Of a stretch of DNA of 64,000 bases, positions 24,464-36,288 are shown piece after piece. The stretch is from positions 569,829-633,828 of the forward strand of contig NW_027192197.1 in assembly GCF_041956535.1 (NCBI RefSeq), read 5' to 3'. Made by a program: the position numbers and the translations under genes. Under the pieces are notes generated by a model. The model worked only from the letters and a program-made list of their open reading frames with translations. It was not told the origin of the DNA and did not search any database. Source of the stretch: Calcarisporiella thermophila CBS 279.70 (taxonomy: Eukaryota > Fungi > Calcarisporiellomycota). Positions within the stretch are counted from its first letter, which is position 1; each line of letters starts with the position of its first letter.

Positions 24464-25712
24464 TATCTTCGAAGACGTTACGAGTTTTCTTCCCTTCTTC
24501 CTGCAAAAGCGTTTGTTTGTGACCCTTGTTTTCTGCTACATCTTGTTCAATTTATATGGGAGCGGTGGCAAATTCTAATTAATTCGCAGTTGAAATTTAG
24601 GGTATACATTAGGAAATCGATTGACAAGGATCAATTGTGTCGACCCTGCAATTTGCTTGGGATACATGGGGTTTTATATTTTTCTTGAAACTCCTACTAA
24701 ACTAGTTTAAAAGTATGTCCTCCACAACTGCGCTCTGTGCACAATAAAAATAAAACAATCGCTATAGCATCCGAAGCTTGATGCACGGATTATTTTACTA
24801 TGGCTTTGGTAATCTGCACCAGCAGCCTCCTCAAGCTATAAATATTATACGTGAGGAGTAAAGGAGAAAATATTATTAGTTTACTAACTCTGAGCATAAA
24901 GCTGCCGTGTTGAGTTGGAATCCTTTCTTTTTTATCCATTTTATGCTTTCATTGAGACAAAGCGGAGAATAATGGTTAGATATTTTGAAGGGTTGCATAA
25001 ATATCTTATTTCTAAGATTATGACGGCAAGATTCGAAGAGGTTAAGAAATGATCTGATAATAGTCAAGCTGTATGAGGTTCCTTGTTTTTCAGGGACTGC
25101 TTAGGGAATCATATACGAGTCTCGAATATGTGTTTGTACACACCGGCGAAAACGAGTTGAGGTGAAACCGAATTGGATAACTACAAGCTTTAGGTTCAAT
25201 CAATTTAATAATGCTGGAATATGCCGGGATGAGTAGAAGAGCATGGTAGTCTTCCGACCGAACCACCGCTTGAAGCCAATTTCACGACATACAGCATATA
25301 TACCCGGTAACACCTGTTGTTTATCACAGAATTTCATTTAATACACAAATTGCTTTCGGTTGATTTCAATTACCCAGTACGGAAACTGGCCATATTGTAC
25401 TCAACCGATGATCTTCAAACAATTACGAGTGACGTGGCCATCAGCGGACCACTTAGAGGCCATTCTCCACATATCCAAAACCGCCCCACCCTGAGAGCTC
25501 CCCTGATATTTTTCTGTTCGTTTTGTTTATTCTACCACAAAGTCTGTTCCAAGAGCTCCAACACTACTTTTCATTTATACTCTTTTTTTTTCTCTTTTCC
25601 ATTTATTTATATCCTTTTGTTCTAACGATTCGCCAAACTTGATCTTTTTCCTTCCTTTTCAATTTAGAGTAAGATCTTCCATCCATTTCTCCATTCCCTA
25701 AGTATATACACA

Positions 25713-26748
25713 ATGCCAATTGTCACTCTCACGAACGATGCTCCCAATCCTGCGCTTGCCGAATGCCAGAACTGCAAACTCCTCAACAGCAGCTGCATGT
25801 GCCATACGAAACAGCTGGCCCAAGCTCATCTCGCCACTGCCCAAACGGGCAGAAGACTGAATAAAGCTCCACTAGTACCAAGGGATATTAGGCGGCTGAC
25901 ACCGATGACGATTTGCGGACTCTACCCGGGTAGTAAATTTAGAGGACAGCAGCGGAGTAGGGGAAATGCGTATGATGTCGAAGTTGAGATTCAGGTAATT
26001 CGAAATCTCCATTGATAGCTTGATGCTTATATATTAAATTTTCTTTATCTTTTCATTCCCCATGTAGTATGTCGATTTGGAAGATTCATTTCTTGCAGGA
26101 TACCTGAGGATTAAAGGCCTCACAGAAGACTATCCCGAATTGACCACATTTTTTGAGGCAGAAATAGTTGGAAATAAGAAATATTCGTTCCTGACCAGGA
26201 AGTGGGAGGCTGATGAATACATTGATGCGAAACACTGGGTAAATTATAAAGAGTAGAATGTGCTTTATTTTTTTTGTTTCAATGCTAAATTTTTGATATG
26301 GCTTACAGAAACAATTTCCAGCTTTTCAGCCCTATGAAAAGGTATTCAATGAGGATGGGTTTGAATACGACTTCCGTGGGAAGGATCATATTTTTATGCG
26401 ATGGAAGGAGCACTTCTTAGTGCCTAATCATAGAATCAATCAAATCACGGGGTAAGCAAAGAGAAGAGTGTTTGTGTTCCGTTCTCTACTGAATCGTTTG
26501 TTTATTTGTTTTCGATTAGCGCCAGTTTTGCGGGATTCTATTATACTGTATGTATATATGCACAACTGTCTCATGGTATTGGAACTGTGTGTACTAATAT
26601 TGGATGAACTCAAATCGACTTGTAGTGTTATGAGCTGAGCACTGGGACCATAACGGGGTTCTACTACCATACAACCTCTGATATGTTCCAAAGGCTGTCA
26701 CTTCAGCACGAGGAAGAGCGTTGTTTCCCCACGTTCGAATTTCGCTAA
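25713..26748 (+). CDS. GID4: GID complex substrate receptor Gid4/Vid24 (5 exons)
   Basis: [13 protein letters not shown]...[12 protein letters not shown]...[25 protein letters not shown]...FLTRKWEAD...[12 protein letters not shown]...[11 protein letters not shown]...GFYYH...FQRLSL...FEFR*. Confidence 0.93.
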
Positions 26749-27128
26749 TTTAACCACTTCTTCTCTCTCCCGTCTCGGATGCTTTTTTTCAGAAAGTGTT
26801 TCATAATAAGCACCTCTTCTCGACTCTTTCTTCCCTTCTGCTTGTGAAATTATGTTTGATAGATTTTCCTCCCTTCTTTTTACTGTGATTTTTTTATTTT
26901 ACATTAAATATATATACTTATATACACTTATATATATGCTTACATATTTTTTTTTTTTATATTTTTAAGCTTTTCTCCTCTAGGAGCTGTGTATGGGATT
27001 CAGTGCTTTTTTTTGCCTTGTATTTTTTAGAGGATTTTATTATGTCTAACTTGCTTCTAATCCATAATTTTTTTCTCTATATTTATGTTATTTTCACTAT
27101 GCCGAAACATTTGCACCTGCAGAACAGG

Positions 27129-27158
27129 TCTCACATGCCATCTCACATGCCATCTCAC
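27129..27158 (+). repeat. Short tandem repeat (TCTCACATGCCA)x2.5
   Basis: Directly visible. Confidence 0.7.
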
Positions 27159-27924
27159 TGACCATCTAATTGAAATGGTTAGCTATTCTTCGCATATCAT
27201 TGTAATTTCGCAAATAAAAGCGGTGAGCAGAGATGCAAAGACCCTTTCTTCGTTTTAAACATATCAGCTAGGGTTTCCATTTGGGTTTGTCTTCGATTTT
27301 GCTAAATGGGAAAATTCATGCGACTAAAAATTCGAGATTCGAAGTTCATTTTTAAGCCAACATAGACAAGCAAATTTCTCTACTTCTCGTACTAATTAAA
27401 AAGAGGCGCCAAGCCATTCGCAAATATTCCATAAGCATAAATTTAAAGCAGTGCTAATTCGTGAAAGTGCAGATATATGGCATTGGATCTCGATTAGCAT
27501 TCATCAATTCTCAAAACGTACGTATAATAAAAAAAAGATAAAATATATGTTAGTTCTATTTTACCTTCTCTTTTGAATTGGATTCAAGTCCTAACCCAGC
27601 GGGGGATGAGATTTGTAAGAAATCTATGTTTTCCCGTTAATTTCAATTGCTTGCTTCTTTATTCCAACGAGGTAAATTAATCGGGTCGTTGCAAGTAGAA
27701 GCGAGTCCTTGAACTTCCCAAGAGCACCCAATTTTAATAATCGATCGCTTCTTTCGACTTACATCAGATAGTTTAATAATAGCTGAGATTCAGTGTTGAA
27801 ATAAATAATTATTGCATTTTTTTACGTCACACAGCTAGCTCGCGTCGCGTAAATTACAATCTCCGTATTCATTTGACTATTTTCTAGTGTTTCTCATTTT
27901 CCCGTCTAGTTAGTAATTCATCAC

Positions 27925-29225
27925 ATGCCCTTTGAACTCTTCAAAGTGCCAGAATATCGTATTATTATATTGGATGGGAATGAGGCCGTACTAATTGCTT
28001 TGGATTTTTACCGGTAACTTCTTCAGAAACTTATCTAAGCTCAGTGTGAGACTCGCTGCTTCATTGAATTTTCTTGGTATTTCAGGGATGAAGACGAGAG
28101 AAAGAGAAGGATATATGACAGCAACTGGGAGCTCCAGTGCGAAATTCAGGTATGAAAGAAATAACGTCATAAAGCCAAGCGAATGTTATTTAATTTTATA
28201 ATAATGGTATGGGCGTAAAGCGGGTAATTATCGCAGTGGTGCGCTATTCATGGGAAGAAAAGCTCATTATCCGAGGAAAAGGGTACAAAATTCACACCGG
28301 TAGAGTATTTTGCTCCTATAATTTAGTCTGATTTGAGTAACTGATTATTCACCAGAGCGATCGATTTATGGATTGAGAAATACTTGGCTCTTTGGGCGAG
28401 ATGGAGAGACAACCTTTAGAACCCGGGGATTCAAGTATTTATTCTGGGTGGAGTTTTGTGACTATAGGTGAATTTTAAAACATTGCCCTGGTTATGTGTA
28501 ATGTGAATCTGAATTTTGTCTCCACTCCTCCCGTTATTTCTAGTTCTAAACTTGGCCGGCATAAAGATGTGGTCAGAATATCGAGTCCGGCAATGACCCT
28601 ATCACCTCCACCCGATAGCCTATCAAATGATCCGCTTAGCAAGTATGCACACAAGTACCCTTCATACTCATATTCACGGTCACATCCACAACCATATCGT
28701 GCAAAGAAAACAATACAAGAAGTATCGCCTTCAAGTGCGACTCCTCATTATTCCCATTACCTGACAGAATCGGCTCCGGATCCGAATAGAGCAGAGTCCT
28801 CTCCAAACATTTCCGATTGTGATTACAATGGTTTAGGGCTACGACTTGCGCTCGCCATCGAATCGCAAAGAGCTCGACGAGCTGCCAGCGAAAAAGCTAA
28901 GGCTGGAGCACGCTTTTTCCCCGCGATTTCAGAAATATCGCCTATAAGGCGAAGGGTTAAGCAAGTTGTGTCGACTATTAACTCGTATACACAGGAGTTG
29001 GAGCGTAAAGATAGGCGGAGGAAACTTAATGGCAATGAGGGAGTCTCTGGTGGAAAGAAACGAAGGATGGGGAGCGAAGAAAATGAAGGGAATGCTTTTG
29101 AAAGGGGTAGACATGGATACGAAGTCGAAGGAAAACACAAAGCCAGTGCGAAGAGAATAAGAGGGTCAGCTACCACCTTCAAGCCTACACTAGGTTCACA
29201 GCGGGATGGCTCCGTTTTCGGGTAA
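27925..29225 (+). CDS. Orphan protein (about 341 aa; exons 27925-28013, 28086-28149, 28221-28299, 28356-28467, 28544-29225)
   Basis: Four GT-AG introns (72, 71, 56 and 76 nt) give one open frame: MPFELFKVPEYRIIILDG...YLFWVEFCDYSSKLGRHK... with a basic NLS-like C-terminal region. One acceptor is a weak AAG. Confidence 0.6.
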
Positions 29226-29576
29226 GGATCTCCACTCTAGCATTGATGCTGACAAGCATCCTAACTGCGTTATTAACCTAGTTCAATATGGTCGCCCATG
29301 AAGAAGCTGTTTAACAGCTAAATTCAACAAATTCGATGCCTCATACCCCTCAGTGACTCGATTGTTTTTATATAATTGTAAACTGTATATATTTAAAAGA
29401 AAAATATCTGCCGTACCATGGATAAAGGGAACAATATATAACTTGTATTTACACAATGAAGAGCACAATAGGAAAAAAAAATCAACCTAGCATTTACCGT
29501 GGCAGGCGTATAAACCTTGGTTCTCTTCTCTGGTTCGTTTATAACGCGCTGTCGACAGTAAAACGCACCACATATT

Positions 29577-30227
29577 TTAACTCGGCTCCAGCTCCAAAGG
29601 ATTCATGGATTTTAACCTGCTTCTGCGACTTTCTACCTCTTTTCCCCCAATGGTTTTGAATAGGGAGAGAGCCGATGAGCTTTTGCAAGCAACCAAGGGG
29701 AGTTTAGACTGGCGCTTGCGGACGCATGGAGATTTTAATTCGCCTCCTACTCTGGTATAGCGCGATCGAGTGGGAGATGCGAGTTCTTTGCTTGAATCTG
29801 TAGCCGATCTACGCAATGGGGTATAGGATCTAATTTCCGAAGATAAGGCGTGAGTTGGTGATGGAGGGGGGATAAAATGAATACGAGTAAGGGGCCTTTT
29901 CTTTCGGCCAGAGGTTTGAAGAGGAGGTGGAGAGGGTGTTGTGCTATCGATCTCTTCATGAGATAAGCCAGCCACTAGATCGGCCGATTTGGATTTATTT
30001 GGTAGAGTAGGTTTAGTGCTTGTGTGCAGGAGTGAGGGAAGCGGCGGGGGAAGGGGGGGGATCTCCGGCGATGAGGAATAATCCCGTTGATCCTGCTGTG
30101 ATGCAGTTTTAGCGGCAGACGAGTGTGATGGACAAAGATTTAATAGAGGAGGCGTAGAAAGAGATTGATTTGGATGAGCGTAGTGGAAGAGGGCGCTAAG
30201 TGGGCGCCGCCGTCCTGTCGAATGCAT
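29577..30227 (-). CDS. Uncharacterised S/P-rich protein
   Basis: 216-aa ORF with coding-like composition, divergent from PRO1. No recognisable domain. Confidence 0.5.
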   Translation of the reverse strand: MHSTGRRRPLSALFHYAHPNQSLSTPPLLNLCPSHSSAAKTASQQDQRDYSSSPEIPPLPPPLPSLLHTSTKPTLPNKSKSADLVAGLSHEEIDSTTPSPPPLQTSGRKKRPLTRIHFIPPPSPTHALSSEIRSYTPLRRSATDSSKELASPTRSRYTRVGGELKSPCVRKRQSKLPLVACKSSSALSLFKTIGGKEVESRRSRLKSMNPLELEPS

Positions 30228-30400
30228 ATCCTCGGTATGGCGCTTGCTGAGAGTAACGTATGGACATTTTCGCGTCTGTTGGCCGTCACAAACACCGTGA
30301 CTGTGCTATTTTCATAATGAGTAATTAGATCGAAAATTACATTCACGAACGCATTATCCCATGTCAGTTTTCAATTTGCTTTAGTTTTCATTTTTGCACC

Positions 30401-31767
30401 ATGATAAAAAAAAACCCTCGAGGGCATGCTATTTCTACTGGACTTACTATAGTTATCAAGATTGGGACATCTTCCATTTGCGATGAAGTGACCCATCTAC
30501 CGCGGCTATCCAATTTATCGCTCTTGGTTGAAACTGTCCTTACTTTGAAGCAAGCTGGACATCATGTTGTTCTAGTGACGAGCGGTGCTGTAGGAGTCGG
30601 AATGCGGCGACTCAATTTGGAGGAAAGGCCAAAGCAATTATCGAAGTTGCAGGTAAGGATTGGCCACCTCAAATTCAACATTGGCTGATATATCCCTTAC
30701 TTTTTTATTTTGACTCAAGGCGGTTGCGGCTGTAGGCCAGGGTAGACTGATGTCGCTTTACGATGATCTGTTCAACCAATTCTCTCAGCCAATTGCCCAA
30801 ATTCTTCTCACACGCAACGATGTTGTCAATCGCACTGCGTACATTAACGCCAAAAACACGGTCAAGGAGCTACTCGAAATGGGGGTCGTCCCAATTGTCA
30901 ATGAGAACGACACGGTTTCCGTTTCAGAAATCCGGTTTGGAGACAACGATACGCTCTCGGCCATCACCGCTGGAATGATCAACGCGGACTATTTATTTCT
31001 ACTGACCGATGTCGACTGCTTATATACCGATAACCCACGAATTAATCCCGCTGCCGTGGCAGTGACATTAGTGGAAGATATAGAGGCATTACGAAATAAG
31101 GGTATGAAGACGCGGCTCATCGCCGGCTTGTATGCTTATGTCTTTTGAATCTCAACATTATCCGTTATATTTAGTTTCAGTTTCGAGCTCGGGAAGTGCT
31201 ATAGGTACAGGTGGGATGTTCACAAAACTTATCGCTGCCGAGCTTGCCACGGCTGCCGGTGTTACATGCGTTATCTGCCGTGGATCTACTCCTCAGTTCA
31301 TTTCCTCCATCATTGCATATCACTCCTCCACGGCGGATGAGGCGTCTGCCACGGCTCCTACTGTTCCTCTTCACACTCTCTTTGTCGCAAAACAGAATCC
31401 TATGGTTGACCGCAAATGGTGGATCTTACACGGCGTGCATACTGCGGGTACCATATTTATTGACGAGGGTGCAATGCGAGCCATCACAAACCGCCAACGG
31501 TCGAGTCTTTTTGCTGCAGGCATTGTCGGCGTGGAGGGCACGTTCGTAGCAGATCAAGCAGTGCGGGTTGCTATAAGAATGCGCAGAGCAGAGGACGGGA
31601 CAGAGGAGATAGTGGAGGTTGGAAAGGGGCTGGTCAATTACTCGAGTATGGAGGTGTCGAGGATTCGAGGCTGTAAGAGTAGCCAGATCGCAGAACTGCT
31701 GGGTTATGCGGATGCCGAATCCGTAATTCATCGAAATAACTTGGTTATTACCATGAAACAATTATAA
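30401..31767 (+). CDS. PRO1: Glutamate 5-kinase with PUA domain (3 exons)
   Basis: [53 protein letters not shown] region IDEGA...VIHRNNL. Confidence 0.95.
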
Positions 31768-31916
31768 ACTCGAATTTAGAGCTTGCATTTAAAATTCGTC
31801 ACGAGAATACTTATATGGGCGTCTAAACTCGGTTTATCTTATTACCGCAATTGTTATATGATGGAGTTTATATGAAAACTTCAAGATTTCCGCACATTTT
31901 CTTCTCTCTTATTGCA

Positions 31917-32582
31917 ATGCCCTACACACCAGCATCATTAAATTCACAAATTAACGAGAAGGCGACGTCTGAATCCCAGCAGCCCAAACCTACTTTCAAA
32001 TTGGAACTACCCTCGCCCAGATTTCCCTACCAGCAACAAGGCGATTATATAAAGCCCGCTCTGAAATTCAAATCTGCACCCAGCACTCCTAACAATGAGT
32101 CTGTCACACCAGGTGGAAGTACATTAAAATATGTGCACTTTTCCCCACGATTAGAAGTAAGACGTTTCCTTGCTACGGCGGGGCCACGCGAGGTAGTCGA
32201 GGAGAGCATACAAGACGAGCCAGAAATTGAGAATGACTGGTGCGGCCCAGAGGAAGAGGAGGTGAAGAAGGAGTTAGGATTATATTTCGAGATCGGGTCA
32301 CCGCCCCTCATTCCATCCCCATTTGAGAAGCCAAATCGACGAAAAACATATGATATCGGCGCTACCCTCAAAGATCAGTGCAATTCCTCTCGCGCTTGGA
32401 GCCCTGCTTCCCCACCCCGCCCCTCGCTTATCCGATACAACAGCTGCCCTTCGCCTGCCTTTTCGCCTCAGCACTCTGATTCTTCTGGCTATAGAGCCGA
32501 TATCTCATCCGCCGAATACAACGAAATCCTGAGACGCTATTGTTTCTATAACCCATCTGAGCGCTCTACGACCATGGTGTAA
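31917..32582 (+). CDS. PP1 regulatory-subunit-like protein lacking CBM21 (221 aa, intronless)
   Basis: MPYTP start, KPALK, RVxF-type KYVHF, YDIGATL and EYNEILRRYCFY, colinear with the CBM21 protein at 46742. Confidence 0.7.
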   Translation: MPYTPASLNSQINEKATSESQQPKPTFKLELPSPRFPYQQQGDYIKPALKFKSAPSTPNNESVTPGGSTLKYVHFSPRLEVRRFLATAGPREVVEESIQDEPEIENDWCGPEEEEVKKELGLYFEIGSPPLIPSPFEKPNRRKTYDIGATLKDQCNSSRAWSPASPPRPSLIRYNSCPSPAFSPQHSDSSGYRADISSAEYNEILRRYCFYNPSERSTTMV

Positions 32583-32976
32583 CTTTTTACGAAGAATATT
32601 TATATGAGATACATTGCCTGAGGGTATTGTTAACGCATCTATTCAGAGAATATTCCCGTTAAATTAGAATATGTTTAACTAGACAGCCAGTTTGTATCTT
32701 TTATCGGAGAGCTGTCTCATTTCTGATTCGATTGTTATATACTATGTATATATATAGTTTATTGTAATATAGAAAAAAAATGAGCTCCAACCATTCCCGT
32801 ATGATACATGTATGGGTATTCACAAAAGCACGTGTAAACAAGTTGCAAAAGGCAGGCAAAGGAATATAAGCAAGAGAAAGCAAATATCCAGAATAACGAA
32901 TTCAAAGATACAAAATCGCAGATCATATCTACATAAAGGATAAATAAAAAAAGCTCTATATGAATCGAAATAGTCT

Positions 32977-33948
32977 CTAGCACTTCATGGTCATAACGTC
33001 TCCTGCTGCGGCCTTTGGGTGTAAACTTTCAATTCCGGCAACGACTACTTCTTCGCACTTGTGAATATCTGTGATAGAGTCCGGAGAGTAATTCATGAAC
33101 TGAACAAATATCGTAAAATCAAAGAGTAGGGTGCCAATTGAGCCAAGGAGCCAAGGCAGATTGGTCAGGAGGTAGCGTGGCTCAAGGGAGTGAAGTAAAA
33201 TGGACTAGCCAATTCTCATAATTAATATCCCGCTTCATAGCAAGTCAAAAAGAGGGCAAAACTTACCAAAATATAGGTGGAGTTGCCCAACACTGCGAAT
33301 GCAAACATAAAAGGCGATAGACCTTCACAACTCTTCTCTTGAAAGTTCTTTAAGATCTGCGGTAATCTAGAGCAAAGATAGAATCCACACGAACTCCAGC
33401 CCACAATCTTTGGTATCAGGGTCCATCCAGGAGAGCCACTGAGAGGCCACAGGAGGTATACGAAGAAAAGTGAGCACACCATAGCAGTGGCAACCACTAT
33501 GAGTAGAATGTCAAAAGAGCCAAAAATCTTTCTCTGAAGCTGATAAGACGAATGATCGTACTGCGGAAGAAGCGGAGAGGCTTCACCAGAGGACGACCGA
33601 AGTCGCTTGGCGCGATAATGGTACACTTGGAAAATTATGAAAATGTCGGCGGATACATAGTATAATCCCAGGAGAAACTACAGGCAAATCGTAAGGAATT
33701 ACATCAGTTAACGTTACTGAATGAGGTTGCATCGCTTGAATTACCTGAGTATAAAGAAGTCCCTCCATCATGACCCCCATTAGATTGAGGCCGTCGCCGA
33801 GCAACCACACTAATAAAAAGGCAAGGGATAGCCCCTCTCCGCTCTGACGGCGGTAGTTCTCTAACATTTGCGGCGTGTAAACAAGCACCCAACATGCTAT
33901 TGAGACAGTGCCAGCAAGAGCCGACCAATCGATCACCGATAAGTCCAT
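32977..33948 (-). CDS. PQ-loop vacuolar cationic amino-acid transporter (Ypq/PQLC2-like; 3 exons)
   Basis: Two PQ loops (YTPQMLENYRRQSGEGLS and RLPQILKNFQEKSCEGLS), dileucine EASPLL, and NLPWLLGSIGTL. Confidence 0.9.
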
Positions 33949-34494
33949 GGCGATGGGATTTAAATTGACGGATTTGCGGGGAGAAGGGTAAGGGTAAGAA
34001 TGCGTAAGAAAAACAAAAACAGTTAACTGACAAAAGTTCAAAAACTTTGCGCTTTTTATTTTGGGGAATCCATATCACATTTTCATTTTGATAATCAATC
34101 ATCTCCAGCGATCTGAGACTGCTATTCCATTAATCTTTTTCAGCCGGGTGACGAGTGAGAAAAAATCTCAGATAATCCTGTGTCAAGAATGCTACCGAAC
34201 ACATCGGTGTGCTTCGCCACACAAAAAAAATCCAAACATTCTTTTACTCACATTGTAACCATTTTGACTCGCTCCAAACTTAGAAAAAAATGCAACAATT
34301 GAGGTGATCTTATTGATAATAAAAACAATGGAAATGTATGAAGAAACCACTCGGAAAAGTTTATATGGCTGAGGCGAAATCTTAACTGCGTGGAAACAAT
34401 GCGGAATATTAAATTCATAGATAATTTCGAGCAAAACCTAAAAAATAAAAACTGACAGCTAGAAGGACAAGGCGCATGAACGAGAGCCTTCGCT

Positions 34495-35980
34495 TCAACT
34501 CTCTTCACCCTCATTTCCCTTTTCAACATCTTTCCCTTGGTCGAACGCAAACACCATATCCTCGCCTATGCACCCCTTTTCCCGCTCAATTCCAATAGTC
34601 GACCAGTCGTAGCCATAATCATGCCCGGGCAAAACGACGATCTTGTCATCCAAATCCCCCAACACCTTCTTCAGTGTATGGGCCATCTGCTCTTTTGAGC
34701 CTCCAGGCAAATCTGTGCGACCACAAATTCCTCCTAACAGCACATCTCCAGATATCATTCGGGTCTCGTTAACGAATATCACTTGGCTCCCCGGAGTATG
34801 TCCAGGGGCGTGCATAAATCGGAGGGTGGTAGTTCGTCCAAGCCGAAGCTCCGTGGTGGTGGGAGTGCAGGTTGGAACTAGTCGATGGGCAGGGATAGAG
34901 GGATTTGATGCATGAACGTAGGGAATATCCTCGGGGTGGATGAACGCTTTGATATAAGGAAACTTTTTGAGCAAAACGGCAAGTCCGGAAACTTTAACGG
35001 GGATACTATCATAGGGCGGTGGGGGAGTACCTAATGACCAGAACAGTTTAGCCAACACCTCTCCAAGACTGCGAAATCCAAACACAAAAACGTACCCCCA
35101 ACATGATCGAAATGATAATGCGTTGCTGCACAAGCCACTACTTTCAAGTCCATTTGTTGGATCCATTTCATTATGCCCTCCACATCCCAGCACGCATCTA
35201 TCACAACGCACTCTCGTGATTCAATATCCGCCACTATATATATTAGATTTCTCATCATTTCGGCATATTCAAATATGCGGTTTTGTATTGGGTTGATGGA
35301 ACGATCCACGGCGATATCACGACCTGGAAGTAGCTGGGCAATGAGGAAGCCTTGGGCTGCGTTATCCTTATGGATGAGTGCGCGACCAAGGCGATTCTGG
35401 ATATCTGGGTTATCAGGGTCGAGATCAAGGGCCTTGCGATAGTGCGAAACTGCCTCTTCAACTCGAGAAAGCTGCATCAATGCTTCGGCTCTCCTGAAGT
35501 ATCCCTAATAAAAAAAAATTGAACCGGCTATCAGTGATCCAGGCGTAATAAAAAAGAGTGTAGAATAATTCTACAAACCTTTGCCCACTCTGGTCGAATT
35601 CTGATAACTTGATCCGCATCCTTTTGTGCTTCTTCGTAACATCGCATTGCAAAGTAGCTTGCACTGCGATTCGAGAAGAGTAGCGCACTGAAATCACTCT
35701 GCTGCATCCCCGGTAGCACCTGGACAACCCCTAACGCTCGAGTGTACTCGGCAACGGCATCTTTATAATTCCGCTTTTGGAAAAACTCGTTTGCACGCGC
35801 AGTGAGGCGATACGAGCGTTCATCAGGTGCTTCAGGTCGAAAAGGATCGAGGAGAGCACCGGAAGTTTGTGACGAATTAGAGTGTGAATGTGGTCGTGAA
35901 TTTGGAGAGGAGGGTGAGGGTGCGTCGGAGGATGTGAGAGATGGGGAGAGTGTTGTCGTTGTTTCTTGAGATGGCCGCAT
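34495..35980 (-). CDS. TPR repeats fused to a metallo-beta-lactamase-fold (glyoxalase II-like) hydrolase (3 exons)
   Basis: TPR segments ANEFFQKRNYKDAVAEYTRAL, LFSNRSASY and PEWAKGYFRRAEAL. MBL motifs THYHFDHVGG, PGHTPGS, SGD and PGHDY. Confidence 0.85.
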
Positions 35981-36288
35981 CCCTCTAGCGTCTAAAGGAT
36001 ACTTAGAAATCGGATAAAGACTGCACTTGAAATGGGGTTGATTTGTGTGAAGATTGCTGTTTAGATCGGTGATGGACACCCCCAAGTATTATAACAGTGT
36101 CTTGTCAAAAAAAATTCAGGTTTCTTGTTGTGTCACCCTGAAAGGGTGGCTTTGGATGAAAAGTGGATATAGAATTTCGAGGCAAAATTATCCACGAAAA
36201 ATCACGTCAAAGATAAATGAAAATTGAGTCACTCTAGAGCATAATTTAATTAGAAGACACATTGCAAAAGGAACATGCGGAACATATT

